The position numbers were made by a program, and so were the translations under genes. This document shows positions 41,301-54,700 of a stretch of DNA of 64,000 bases, in pieces; position 1 is the first letter of the stretch, and each line of letters starts with the position of its first letter. The stretch is from Pecten maximus (Eukaryota), in NCBI RefSeq assembly GCF_902652985.1, contig NC_047016.1, positions 24,180,001-24,244,000 on the forward strand, given 5' to 3'. The notes under the pieces were generated by a model. The model did not search any database and was not told where the DNA came from. It saw only the letters and a list, made by a program, of their open reading frames with translations.

Positions 41301-42473
41301 TTAACGTCCTATTAACAGCCAGGGTCATTTAAGGACGAGCCAGGTTATGGAGGTGGAGGAAAGGAGTTAAGCTGGAGTACTGATCCAATTTGGGTTCTTT
41401 AATAGATATATACAATTTGTATATCACTATAAGAGCTCTAAATGGCTGGACGCTCTAACCATTTGAGCCACCTGGCCTATAACATTTAGCCCAGTCTAAT
41501 TCTGCTACATTCGTCCATCCTTCAACAAAGTCTTCGACAATGAAGACACACATGAGACCCTATATCACCTCCATAGGTATTTATAGTTGGGCTCCAAATT
41601 AAATGTAACAGGAGAGGAAAAATACAACAACCAGACTGGGACTCAAAACTCCAGACGAAGGCTCTAACCTTTGAGCTACCTGGTCATCGGCATTCAGCCC
41701 AGTGCAGTTCCTCTTCATCTGTACTAAACTGACTTGACATTGTCTTGGATAAAAAATATAGTCTTTTATGTTACAAATGCATTATACAACTTTGTGTTTC
41801 TATTTCAAATTATCCTGCATTTTAGCAATGTATTTATCGCTCAAAGTGGTACTGTTACTCAAATGCAGGACTATTACTCATATGCGGGGTTGTGCCTTGC
41901 AGGGCCCAGCTGTTCAAATGGTGATCATTAGCGTAATCACTTAATAAATGAAAGTCTAATTTCTCTTTTACCACAAAACCTGGGTGCGTGCTTTAATTAT
42001 AGGCAGGTAGGAACTTCAGGAAGACTGATTAAAGTGATATAGTCTCATAAAACTTTATCAAGTTAGGCCTAGTTTTATCAGAAATCATTTTATCATGATT
42101 TAAAAACTGTTATAAACTGTGATTAGCTGAACCACCTTTGGGACATCTAAGCCCTTATGTTATCATGATTACAGCACAGGTACTTAGGGTAAGAAATTAC
42201 ATTTGTATATATATACTATATAGCCTCGTATTACTATATAAAATATAGAGCTCTATTTTATATAGTAATACGAGGCTATATAGTATATATATACAAATGT
42301 AATTTCTTACCCCAAGTACCTATGGATTACAGGTAACAGGTAGGCAGTTAGTTACCATCACAGTAGAATTGTTTGATTCACACGTAAAACTTTTGAGTTT
42401 TAGAGACATACCTTCGTTCTTTGGAACCGCCACTAAGCTTCGACTTAGTTTCCTCCGCACGGAATATAGACAT
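29349..42473 (-). CDS. RPAP2: RNA polymerase II CTD phosphatase / RNAP II-associated protein 2 (Rtr1 family), 642 aa, 10 coding exons
   Basis: Exons 42473-42412, 39689-39557, 38478-38380, 36933-36868, 35617-35490, 34013-32969, 32422-32325, 30871-30791, 30293-30225 and 29496-29349 (1929 nt), GT-AG with consistent phases. RTR1-type Zn finger [20 protein letters not shown]...[26 protein letters not shown]-terminal motifs [17 protein letters not shown] and [11 protein letters not shown]. Confidence 0.93.
29978..30185 (-). mobile_element. tRNA-derived V-domain SINE copy (internally deleted)
   Basis: Homologous to the copy at 48462-48682: tttgtttaacgtccta..aca.ccagggtcatttaaggacgtg...ggtcagtacc.ggcaactg...gacaccttaacc.ctc.gccacc. 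Confidence 0.75.
30921..32232. repeat. 25-bp minisatellite, ~50 copies, in an RPAP2 intron
   Basis: Unit ccccaccctgatggaatgtgtat(a/g)t. It explains the repetitive ORFs with 25-aa periodicity in several frames. Confidence 0.95.
32711..32926 (-). mobile_element. Short non-autonomous Helentron/HINE-like repeat
   Basis: One end is acaagaggcccatgggcc...acctgag (with a palindrome) and the other is ggtcacttgagacttcgtcag. Related termini occur at ~57445-57468 (ccaggtgagcgagacaggtccccttgtt) and ~4613. Confidence 0.5.
35286..35516. repeat. 71-bp tandem repeat (~3.2 copies) overlapping an RPAP2 exon/intron boundary
   Basis: gacttacctcgtggctcccagtgacaggag starts at 35341, 35412 and 35483. Confidence 0.95.
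35774..36237. repeat. 29-bp minisatellite, ~16 copies
   Basis: Unit attgaaagactgcaatactggtaatgaat. Confidence 0.95.
37222..38356. repeat. 32-bp minisatellite, ~35 copies
   Basis: Unit accctggtacaccactcctgtagacaaaccta. Confidence 0.95.
41270..41380 (-). mobile_element. 5'-truncated V-SINE fragment (3' tail)
   Basis: ttttgtttaacgtcctattaacagccagggtcatttaaggacg is identical to the tail of the 48462 copy. Confidence 0.7.
42178..42321. repeat. ~144-bp near-perfect palindrome (fold-back/MITE-like)
   Basis: Arms aggtactt(a/g)gggtaagaaattacatttgtatatatatactatatagcctcgtattactatataaaa.. centred on gagctc (42248-42253). Confidence 0.92.
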
Positions 42474-42726
42474 TTCGACAATGTTGGCAATGTCAGCGAA
42501 ATATCACGTTTTGTAGGGCGCCGCCATCTTTTTTGTAGTCTCTAAACCAAATTAATTGTTTACAAATACATCAATATTCTGATTAACAAGTTGTCTTGAT
42601 TACGCTTAGTCATTACAAAAAAATATAATATTGTTACATACTATGTAATATAAGTTATATGTTCCAAAGTTACTATGAAATCAACATGATTATATTCATT
42701 TTGAGAGTAACAAAACATCAACAAAT
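42474..42726. promoter_or_regulatory. Putative bidirectional promoter shared by RPAP2 and GTF3C5, containing a YY1/TISU-type motif
   Basis: The divergent ATGs are only 253 bp apart. ccgccatctt (AAGATGGCGG on the minus strand) is at 42521-42530. Confidence 0.7.
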
Positions 42727-45700
42727 ATGGCCGAACCGCCAGGTTCAACTGACGAAGTGTGGTCGGATGGAGAGAGTTTGACAAATGTCCCGTTTGTAAA
42801 AGATGTCAAACTCGTGTCCGTTGAACATCCAGCTATTGTTAACAATGTTGATAAGGCATTGGCAACTCTTGGAGGATGTAAAGAATTGTCCAAGGTATCG
42901 CCTCGCAAATAAACCACTAACAACGTTAACGTTAGTAACATGCAATAACCCATTTATCACTTAGCTGGAAAAGTAAATGGCCTAGCTAGTCAAAAATGAG
43001 AAATGCTTTCCCGATGCAACAGTAGTTAATCTACCGCTATGTGGGTTATCGATATAATCATGAGTTATCAGATGGCTGTTTTTTTTCGAGGTTTAAATAC
43101 TAGAGGAAAAAAGAAGCGCAAGTTTATTTTCCCTAGTTATTATTTTACATAATTTTTCATTTTTATGATTATTGCATCATTACTGATGAGATTCTCGATT
43201 AAATCATCATTACTGCATACATTTTTATGAATTTTGTTGTTCTATCACAGAAGGTGTTTGCGTGAATTCTGTTAAAATAAGGGTACCCTTATAATTATGC
43301 CATTTCCTGATCCAAATGAGTATTGTTTGTGCACCTGCCCACCTTTGGCATCAATTAGTTCTCTTTCTCTTTTTAACATTGACCATATCGAGGTGGATAT
43401 GATTTCACTCCTGAATAAGGGCCTGTGTGAGTTGAGCGAAATTATATATAACGTTGAGCGCTTCCTAACCCTCCTGTCTAGCTGCAGTCCTCCCACAAAT
43501 GCTCGATCAGGGACGGCATCTAGACTGTATGGTGGCCAGTCAAGAACAGTAACGTTGTCTAGATCCAGAAAGTCACGACAAACCCTAGCACTAGCAACAT
43601 TGGCCCTCACGTAGTGTGAATTTTCTGACGATCTTACTCCGTAGTAATTCCACATTTCATATAGTAGTGCGCTCTGGCCCTACACCAGACATAGTGTCAG
43701 GGTCAGAGGAAACTTAGCTACACGTTGTCCTGCTGCAATTTCAGGTTATGTTTCTGGATGAGAAGAACATGTAGTTTCAAGACCTAATCCTGATATCTTA
43801 CTGCTTAGTGATTACCATCGATAACCACAAGAGGTGTTTAATTTTTACTCCTTGATCATGAGATATCCCTGTCCATACCATTACAGACCCTCCCCTGCAT
43901 CTGCCGCTTTCAGTTACACAAGCTTCAAAATATCGCTCATCACGACGTCTATAGTCATCCATCTGACCTGTAAAGCTTAAAGTGATACTGGTCAATGAAC
44001 AATAGGTGTGACTGTCTCCAATGGTCAAAACGAAACCAATTAGGTACATGTACAAGCAGCCACTGCATTCAGCAATGGCGCCGCCTCTTTGTAATAGGCG
44101 GCCCAGCATGGGGATCTTTTCGCCTTAAGAGTTAATTGAATTTATACTGCGTGTATAAAAGATCCAAATTAGGAAAACTGACTTGTGTTTCTTTTTTCTG
44201 CAAGTACAGGTCCTTCAGATCAGAGATTAAATCATAAAGTCATATATATGCACAGATTGTAATAGCAAGGACAATGTTCATTGTAAGTGTATTGAAAAAT
44301 ATGCTGCCAGTCGTGAGGTTCAAATGTTAGACCTCTCACTCTCCGAAAAGACATCCTACCACAAGGCTAAAAGGGAAACTCCCACTAGTCTGAGTTAGTC
44401 TGATGACCTACATATACTGCTGCGCCTGGACCTTGTATTAGCAATGTTAACAAAACTACAGAAGTAGCCCAAGTTCCCTCTGGTCCTGACACTATCTGGT
44501 GTAGGGCCAGAGCACTTTATTATATGAAAACATGTAATTCTCCGACTCTTGGTGTTGCTAAAATTTTGGTGCAGACAAATTAAAAGTAAATATGGCATAA
44601 CACCTATTTACAACGTAGAAACAAAGGACATGCATGTCCTACACCTTCATGTAGGATTTCTTAGAATTAAGAATCTGGTAGAATTTGATTAATAATATTT
44701 ACTATTTTGCTTTGGATATTGGTATGTTGAAGGCAATTTCAATTCATTTATTTTATTTGTTCCAACTTTTTTCAGTCCTTTAGCAACAGTAACAAACGGA
44801 TTGCCTTGCGTTGGCGACCACAGGACATCTACTGTAAGTCTGTGTATGGAGAACGATACCCAACCACTAACTTGTTGATGAAGGTGAAGAGAAGATGGAA
44901 GAAAGATAAGCCAGAAGAATCTCAATACCACATTGAGGTCCTCGGGGTTATTGATAACACTTATAAATTCCAAGGTAAGGGTTGTCATCATCTTGGATAT
45001 CAAATCTAAGATGTTTGAAAGAAAATCATTAAAATCATTACAGATTAAACTTCTGTGGGTCCCTGGTTATTATTTTATCAAATAAATTTGTAATTCTTTT
45101 TTTGTCAAATGAAATTTAGAATTCGTTAAAATAGTGATTAGTTATATACACTGAAAATAGTTTGATATTAACTTACAAAACATTATCCAAGAATTGAACT
45201 GAGTGACTATTCATACTAGTTTCTGATAGTTTCTCCTTTCTGTATCCTCACCTACCAAGCCTTGGTAGACTACCAGTATCTGCCAGTGATTCGACAGCCA
45301 GACAACAGTTACACTAGCCTGACTGACAAGCTGGTCCTAAACACGTTGTGTGATCGACGGGAGTTTCTGGACAATGGTTGCCCACTCTTCCTACCACCTA
45401 GCAGTTTCTCTAGGATGGACTATCCAGATAAGAGTTACCTCCTCCGAAAAGACATTGAACACAGACCTGGCTATGTCAACCCTGACCACAACCGTCCTCA
45501 AAACCTCATTGGAACAGGTAATTAAGGTTAAATCTATGCACAGACTAGAATTTATTTACACCAAGACTTCTATCTCATACTAACATTTTAATGAGTACTT
45601 TTCATATGAATTATTTTTCAATGTTGAAATATTTGTGTTGGCATGGGTTTTACTTATGCATTCTGGTGGTATTTAAGTCTAAGGCCCAAGTTAAATTTGT

Positions 45701-48700
45701 GAGCAAAGGGAGACAACTTAACTCAGAAAAATTTTTTTTTGAAAGAAGGTAGAACTTTCCTAAGATATTTAGTTTTTCTAGAAAACACAAGATTCTTACT
45801 GCAGGTACCAAGTACATTAAAAAGAATTAGTGTACACCATTGAATGGACTCCTATTGAAATTTATTACTTTTATATAATTTATTAGAACTTATTACATAA
45901 AAATTGCAAAAACAAAAACAAAACAAAACAAAACAAACCTGGATAACAATCTCTAGTTGTTATTTAAACCATCAGTGTTGTAATTGTAGTATGAGTTTAA
46001 CATGGTATTACTTAGGTCTGTGGAAAGTCATTACATTGATATGTTTTTTTCTACATGTGTGTATAATTATGACTGCTCTATATGAATTAAGGTTTATACA
46101 TGTAAAAGTATAGAGCAATCTTAGAGTAAATCGGTGCATAATTTATGAAATAGAAAATAATTTTTTCATTTCCATTAGATTTTGATAAAATATGTACAAC
46201 ACAACTCGGTTTCCATATTTGTATTATTTTCTGTAAGTTGATGAGGTGAAAAGTTAAGTTGATGCTGAGGTGAGGAGTTAAGTTGATGAGGTGATAAGTT
46301 AAGTTGATGAGGTGAGGAGTTAAGTTGATGAGGTGAGAAGTAAAGCTGAAAAGTGAGGAGCTAAGTTGATGAGATAAGGAGTTGAGTTTATGAGGTGATA
46401 AGTTAAGTTGATGCTGAGGTGAGGAGCTAAGTTGATGAGGTGAGGAGCTAAGTTGATGAGATAAGGAGTTGAGTTTATGAGGTGAAGGATGAAGTTGATG
46501 AGGTGAAGAGTTAAATTGATTAGGTGAGGAGTAAAGTTGAAGGGGTAAGTAGTTTAGTTGATGAGGTGAGAAGTCAAGTTGGGCAAGTTGAGGAGTTAAG
46601 CTGATGAGGTAAGAAGTTAAGTTGATGATGTGAGAAGTTAAGTTGATGAGGTGAGTTAAGCTGATGAGGTGAGGAGTTAAGTTTATGAGATGAGAAGTTA
46701 AGTGAGAAGTTAAGTTGGTGAGGTGAGAAGTTAAGTTGATGAGGTGAGAAGGTAAGTTGATGAGGTGAGAAGTTCATTTGATGAGCTTAAAAGTAATTAG
46801 TATTGTAAAAAAATGATTCACAGTACATAACAGCCGTTATATCAGCAAAACAATGGGAATTATATGTTTTTTTAAAAATTTATTTCCACATTTTTGTTTT
46901 GGCCAAAAAATAGATTATGCCATCATGGGAATTAAGGTTTTCCTTGAGTAGTTTTGTATAACTGATGTCACACTGGAAAAAATTGTATTGCTTAATCTTG
47001 TTTTGTAATACATAGTGCGCCAGAAAAGGACAATTTATACACAGTTCTGTAGTTTTGGAGATCCAGTACCGGACGGTGTATCGGAGAACGTCAAGACTTA
47101 TCTGAGATCCAAGTATAACAATCCAGAGGCTGAACAAAAACTCAAACAGGTACAACAAGATTTCCCTGTGGCATTTTATGAATGGCATAAACCAACAAGA
47201 ACAGACGAGTACCAGAGTTTATTTAATTTTTTAATAGGGGCCACAATAGGTCAGTTGGTTAGAGTGGTGGCCACGTAACCTCAGGTGAAGACAGAGGTGC
47301 TTGGTTCGATGCTTTCTCCCATGTCGGTTTGCGTTTCTCCGGGAGCTGAGAAACGGGCTAGTCTGTGCTGTTGTAGGTGTGTTCTTGGGCAAGACACTTT
47401 ATCCTAATTGAATATGGCAGTTTACTCCTACCAGTTTGAACAAGTTACACCGTATGCTTGTGTATAAACTTTTGCACAGGCTTTCTCTTGATGAAACTTG
47501 AAGTAAATGTCTTTGTAATCTAGATCTGCTCACATTTCCACATTTAAGAAGACTTATTGTTCATCAGTCTTTTCTCGTATCAAAGTTTTTCAGGAGTATA
47601 ACTTTCTTAATATTTCATAAATTGTAGACTTTTCACTCACCAATTGTGTTGATGAGTGCATGTAGTAGTGTCCTCATAAATATTCATATATTGTATGTTT
47701 GTAACCAGTGTATCAAAGAAACCTTTCTTCTTTTCACAAACAATCTCCATGGTCATGTACTGTTACTGAAGTAAGCAGTTAGTGTAATCTAAAGTGGCCT
47801 GGAACTACAGGTATTCCCTAACACGCCTGTAGAAAATGTGGGTAATGAAACTAGTAGAACTCAAATATGTCTGAGCTTTCTGTATAAAACAGACACGATT
47901 ATTTTCTGCTTTAAAGTGGATTTCTGCTTTTTGTAAAATTTGGGGAGGTCCCTTTTTCCTCTCTGTGCAGTCATGTCTGGCAACAAGAAACAACAAATTA
48001 AACATTCTTTTTCATTTACTGAATGTTGTAGCATTTCCTGAAATATATTTTTATGGATCCTGTTTTATGTAGAAATTCTGAAAATTAGGGAGAGTGGTTA
48101 TTTAGTTTTGGACAGACACACCTTAAATCTGCCATACAGGAATATTCTTTTGCCTTTTTCAGCTTTTTGAGGAGCGCCCTGTTTGGTCGAGAATGGCATT
48201 GATTCCACACTTCCCTAAACACAAACAGAAACTGAAGTATCTGCTGCCTCTCACTGGATTCTACTTTTTGAGTGGTCCCTGGAGATGCTTGTGGTGCAAG
48301 TTTGGGTTTGACCCTTTGAAAACCACTGAGTCAAAGATGTTTCAAACAGTGGATTTCAGGAAACGACAAGGTGCGCAGTCTTCATTGTCCTGTGAAAGTT
48401 ATAATCATATAATAAGTTATAAGTAATAGGCTCTATTGAGTAATAGGCTCTGTAGAGTAATTTGGTTTTGTTTGATTTTGTTTAACGTCCTATTAACAGC
48501 CAGGGTCATTTAAGGACGTGCCAGGTTTTGGAGGTGGAGGAAACCGGAGTACCCGGAGAAAAACCACCGGCCTACGGTCAGTACCTGGCAACTGCTCCAC
48601 GTAGGTTTCGAACTCACATTCCAGTGGTGGAGGGCTAGTGCTAAAGTGTCGGGACACCTTAACCACTCAGCCACCGCGACTTCCTGTTGTGTAATTGGCT

Positions 48701-51700
48701 CTGTCCAGTAATAGGCGCTGTCCAACTGTCCATCTGGTCAAATATTGTGACGTCATTCAATCACTCGTCCTTAGCAGGTGGAGCATGCTTCTTCATACTG
48801 CCATGGATTTTCACACCACGAATTGCATGCTTTAGTGACTCAAATATACATGTATATCAGATTAAAAAGTTTCATCTATATGTAGGTTAAAACAAATCCC
48901 CAATAAGAGGTTGGAAAACCATTTGCCATGTAGTAAAAAATTGATATGGAATACACAGTTAACCTTCGGTTAGTTGGAATATGTGGATAGTTCATATACA
49001 CATTTTTTTTCTAGAAAAAACAATGATTTTTTAGCTATAATAGGTCGAACATGGTTGTTTATAACTGACTATTTCTAATAGTTCAAACTTGTCAAATGAA
49101 GAATGTATAAGATTTCATTTCGGCAAACTCCAATGAAAGCTCGCGACAACCGACCAAGTAAAAATGACAAGACTTAAATTTGATCAACTTTTATTTCATT
49201 TATTTATTTAAGGGTTTTACGTCTGCTAAGACAGCCTAACGGCCTTTCAGCTGACGAGAACAGATAGGAAATTGAGTAGAGTGGGTACAATATGATGTAA
49301 GAGGAAAGAGTAGGAAAGAAGAGAGGGGAGTCGTTTGGATAACTTATGGGTAATTTTTGAGACGACTCCCTGAGTCCGAATGAATCCTAACCTGGCACTG
49401 TTTAGTAGCAGCTACGCCAACCCTATCGAAGATGAGTGGAAAAGAGAGAAGACCCTACCCTATAAATTTGTTTTAACAAAGTTTTTGACGTCCGTCTTAA
49501 TACCTGTTAAATAATATTAAAAAACAAAACATTGGCCTAAAAAACCCTATCCTCTGGGGCGGTGTTATCTCACCTACTCTTCAACGAAAGACCACAGAGG
49601 GATCTTTATTGTGCAAGTTGGACATTCTTACACGGACACCGTTTTAAATCCCATCCGACGGACTAGGTGTTAGTGGTTAGTGGTTTTGAAGTGCTGGTGT
49701 CTTATTTTTGGTGACCTCGCTTGTAAGCTTCCTCCGATGTTTCTCTGCCATAATATGTACTGTCCTCTTTACCAAACGTCCATACTTTCCTTATAGCCAC
49801 ACAATTCTGACATTACTAGTCTGTACACATTCCGATGTTTTACTATAATTATAGTTGTGATATGTAGAGTGTGGGTTTAGTACTGTGGAGGGAAAGAGGA
49901 AGTGAGGGATGCAGGGTGATTATGATAAAAAACATGTTATCAGGGTTTGTTGCAGGTCGAATGGTGCTGGGAACAATTTGGTATATGGGTTTTGTGGACA
50001 GGTGGTTGGAGGGTATAGTTAGTGGTAGGGTAGTGAGAAGAAAAGAGTGAGGGCTGGGGCGGGGTCCAATATCCCTGGGGGTTGGTTGGGACGTGTATGT
50101 GTATTTTGTTTGTGGGTGGTGATGGGTTTCTGTTCCTAGAGTGTTTTCCTATTTGTGAATGTTTGTTGTATGTTAGGTTTATGTGATAAGACAGTGCTCA
50201 CTTAGGATGTTATTAAAGTACCCCAACAATGAGGACGCGACTGTAAATTACACACAGGACTTTTGCATCCTACAGTGTTTTTGGCAGTTTTCAATGTTTT
50301 AATTTATGAGATATAGTACAGCAACATCAAATAATATTAGCTTTGGGTATAGTTTAACAAGAAACGGCAAGTTAAGCATAAGAATTCTACTTTCACTTTG
50401 TCACTGCATTCTTGATGGAAGCCGGGATCGACTGCCATGGCAACAATGAAGGCCATGGTTTTAGCAAATTATTAAACATACAAACTTGTACATATAACTT
50501 AAAATGTTCCATATAATACAGTATGTCTTTGAAAATTATTTGCAAATAATACATTTAACTGATTATGCTTTGTTACGTTCGTGTAGTGATGTTTGTTTGT
50601 TTCTATGCCACCTTTCTACACTAAAAACACAGAAGAGTTCCACTATCAGGACATGAATATTAATATCAATCGTAGTTTTTCCAAAAGTGCAACCTTGTAT
50701 CAAACTTTTAAAAGATATGAAAAGAGACTTTATGGATAAGAAATTAGCTCATTGATGTAGATTATGATGTGCACCTGAATGGTTTTCGTGAAAAATAGGG
50801 GAAATGTTTGATTATAAAGCCAAAAATGCCATAGTTGAGCCTTTCCCCGACAATAAATCAACATTTTTTAAAGGAATCGTGGGCCTTTCCCCAACAAAAA
50901 ATTGACATTTTTTGAAGGGAATTGTTAAAATCAATCAGATGCATAGGAGTTTTCAGATGCATATTGATACACCCTTTCCATTGATGCAAGAAAAAAACCA
51001 TATTAATTAGGAATGCTTTTATTTCAGGTTCAGTTGGAGAAAGAGTTGGCATCAAATTGAAGAGGAAAGAGAACCTTCTACAGTACCAGGCCTTAAGGAG
51101 GAATGTTGCCAGTGACACTGTTATTAACATCCGGGATATCGTCATGGAAGAGGAGGAATCTGTGAAGCAGCCCAAATCATCAAAGGAAGCAGATACAGAA
51201 ACACTCACCAAAGAAGTTTGTACATCCATTACTTTTGTAAAATGGAAAAAAAATACTGTCTTAACTTAATTAGATGGTGGTTCAAATCCCGCTTCTTCCT
51301 TTGTCTGTCCATATTTAAACTTCTTTTCATCACTTTTTTCCTCAGGGGTACTCAATTGATCTATTTTTCAATTTCATATGCAGGATCTCCTGTTGTGGCT
51401 AGTTGTACATATTAAATCCTGAGACTGATAGGAAAAATAATATTGAGGACAGGCAGCCATCTTGGATATCAAAATAAATTGTTGTCTCCATTTGTCTAAA
51501 CGTACTAGTGGGGTGACACCTAAAGGAGTGTCACAGAAAGAATGAAGTGTAGTTAGGGAAGATAACTCTGGATGAGCACGAAAGACAGAAAAAAAAAAAA
51601 TGCTGAGGGTGATACAGAAATGTCCGTCTTGAGTTCAGAGGTTCCATGCACGAGTCCTGGTTTATATCAAAATCGTTCAATGTCAATATTTCGACCAATA

Positions 51701-54700
51701 AGAAGCATCAGCGTGGTTATATGGCAATAAATCCCATGTGGTTGAATTCGAATTCCGCTATTTACAAAAATATACCATTTTGCATCCAAATCCATTGTCT
51801 AAACTTCGACCAATCGGAAGCCTTGGCAATGATACCGATACAATGGAATTTGCAGTCCCCTAATACCAATATATACCATATACCAATGGTAATCGAAAAC
51901 AAAGAATATCTAAATTTTCACCAGGCAGAGGCAAATAAGTCTGCGGCGGCCATCTTGGCTGACCGATCGGAAAATAAAAGATCAGTTGCAAACCCCATGA
52001 CCTTGAAGAACATTTGTGTCATTTTTTTAAGTGGGACACTAAATAGATTATTGGTTATCTTATAACACTGGTAACCCCAAAAACCTTTATTTCCTTTCCT
52101 TTAGCATAAATACCTTCACTTGCTCTTAATTTCCTCACTTTCACTTAATTTTCTCACCTGCACTTAATTTATTCGCGCGACATTTAAAACTCTCAAATAC
52201 GTTTAAATATTAATACTGGCAAGAGGAAATTGAAGGTTTAGGGGTTACCACTGTAATAATTTTCATAATTCTTCAGTTTTCTGGAATATGACACATTAAT
52301 TGATTATGAGACATCAATTGGCATCTATGCAAGCATACGTTAGAGTCTCTCATGTGTTGTTGTTCAGTGAGGTAGTCACCCCACTACTATAAGGAGACCC
52401 AGCCTCAAAACGATCCTGATTGCAATATATACACGTGGTGATAAAACAACCAAACAATCAACCCTAAGTTCATCTTAGTAACAGATGTACTCGCGGTATT
52501 CTAATCGATAAATAATTACATATACGATCAAAGATAAAAACAAATGTCATGCATATCATTATGATGTCAAAATCAGGGCTTCTAGGGACCACAGAACAAA
52601 ATCAAAAATAGATTGTGGGTTTTTCCCATTTGGGCAGAAGATTTAATAGGAAGGTGAATGCATCCGGGCCTACTGATTGGATATTAAGTTGGCTGGTGAC
52701 GAAACATCCGCCACCTCTCGATAAAATACGACCCTTTTTCAAAACCCTATTGTGGCCGTTCTATGAAAGATATAGAAAAACTAAAGATACGCTTTTCTTC
52801 AGAACTATCTCTTCTTGTTATGTTTGGAGTTTCAAATTTTTGGATTGAATCGCTGATTTTTAAGGACCGGTTAAACAGAAGCTACCGGTCAAAGTGACGA
52901 TTTTGGCATGTTTGACCCAAAATATCTCATAAATACGAATTTCCACAGGGATACCAGATACATCCAGACCTAGATCGAGCCGAGTTTTACAATGGTTCAA
53001 AACCCTATCAAAATTGTATGTGTCATTTTTTCCACCCCCAAATCGCTACAATAGCCGGCAAAAATCGCGAATTAGCTCATACTATCATTACGTTCCGTAA
53101 GGAACGATAACGAGTTATCGTCCCTTACTACACTTCATTCTTTACAAGTTTGAATAAATTCAAAAATAAATTAAAAATAAATTTTTAAATTTTTAAAATA
53201 AATTCAAATAAATCTGTGTTTAACGTTGGCGTTGACTGGTGTGCATTTAACACTGGTCTTGACTGGAAAGCATTTAAAAAATTATAAATACATTTGAAAT
53301 AAATTTTAAAAAATATGTAAATCGATTCAAATAAATCTGAATTTAATACTGGCGTTGACTGGTGTGCGTTTAACACTGGCGTTGACCGGTATACATTAAA
53401 CACTAGCATTGACCGGTATACATTAAACACTAGCGTTGACCGGTATACATATAACACTAGCGTTGACCGGTATACATTTAATACTAGCGTTGACCGGTAT
53501 ACATTAAACACTAGCGTTGACCGGTATACATTAAACACTAGCGTTGACCGGTATACATATAACACTAGCGTTGACCGGTATACATTTAATACTAGCGTTG
53601 ACCGGTATACATTTAACATTACCGTTGACTGGTATACATTTAACACTACCGTTGACCGGTATACATTTAGCATTACCGTTGACCGGTATACATTTAACAT
53701 TACCGTTGACTGGTATACATATAACATTACCGTTGACCGGTATACATTTAACACTACCGTTGACCGGTATACATTTAACACTACCGTTGACCGGTATACA
53801 TTTAACACTACCGTTGACCGGTATACATTTAACACTACCGTTGACCGGTAAACATTTAACACCACCGTTGACCGGTAAGTGTTAAATGGACACCGGTCAA
53901 CGCCTGTGTTAAATGGACACTAGTCAACGCCTGTGTTAAATGTATACCGGTCAACGCTAGTATTAAATGTATACCGGTCAACGGTAGTGTTAAATGTATA
54001 CCGGTCAACGCTAGTGTTTAATGTATACCGGTCAATGCTAGTATTAAATGTGTACCGGTCAACGCTAGTGTTTAATGTATACCGGTCAACGCTAGTATTA
54101 AATGTATACCGGTCAACGCTAGTGTTAAATGTATACCGATCAACGCTAGTGTTTAATGTATACCGGTCAACGCTAGTATTAAATGTATACCGGTCAACGG
54201 TAGTGTTAAATGTATACCGGTCAACGCTAGCGTTAAATGTATACCGGTCAACGCTAGTATTAAATGTATACCGGTCAACGGTAGTGTTAATTGTATACCG
54301 GTCAACGCCAGCGTTAAATGTATACCGGTCAACGCTAGTGTTTAATGTATACCGGTCAACGCTAGTATTAAATGTGTATCGGTCAACGCTAGTGTTTAAT
54401 GTATACCGGTCAACGCTAGTATTAAATGTATACCGGTCAACGCTAGTGTTAAATGTATACTGGTCAACGCTAGCGTTAAATGTATACCGGTCAACGCCAG
54501 TGTAAATTGTTTACTGGTCAACGCCAATGTTAAATACATATCCCGTTTTTGCCACTCACTGCACTTAAGCTGGTTCGGAATTTCAATTTCCGGATTTCTT
54601 GAAATTTTGCTTAACAACTCATCATACATTAAACATTAGCATTGACCGGTATACATTAAACACTAGCGTTGACCGGTATACATATAACACTAGCGTTGAC

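Noticed and set aside
41440-41720. tRNA-like A/B-box fragments (also at ~14925 and ~44310-44370)
   Set aside because: No complete cloverleaf; these are most likely decayed SINE heads, so no tRNA genes are called.
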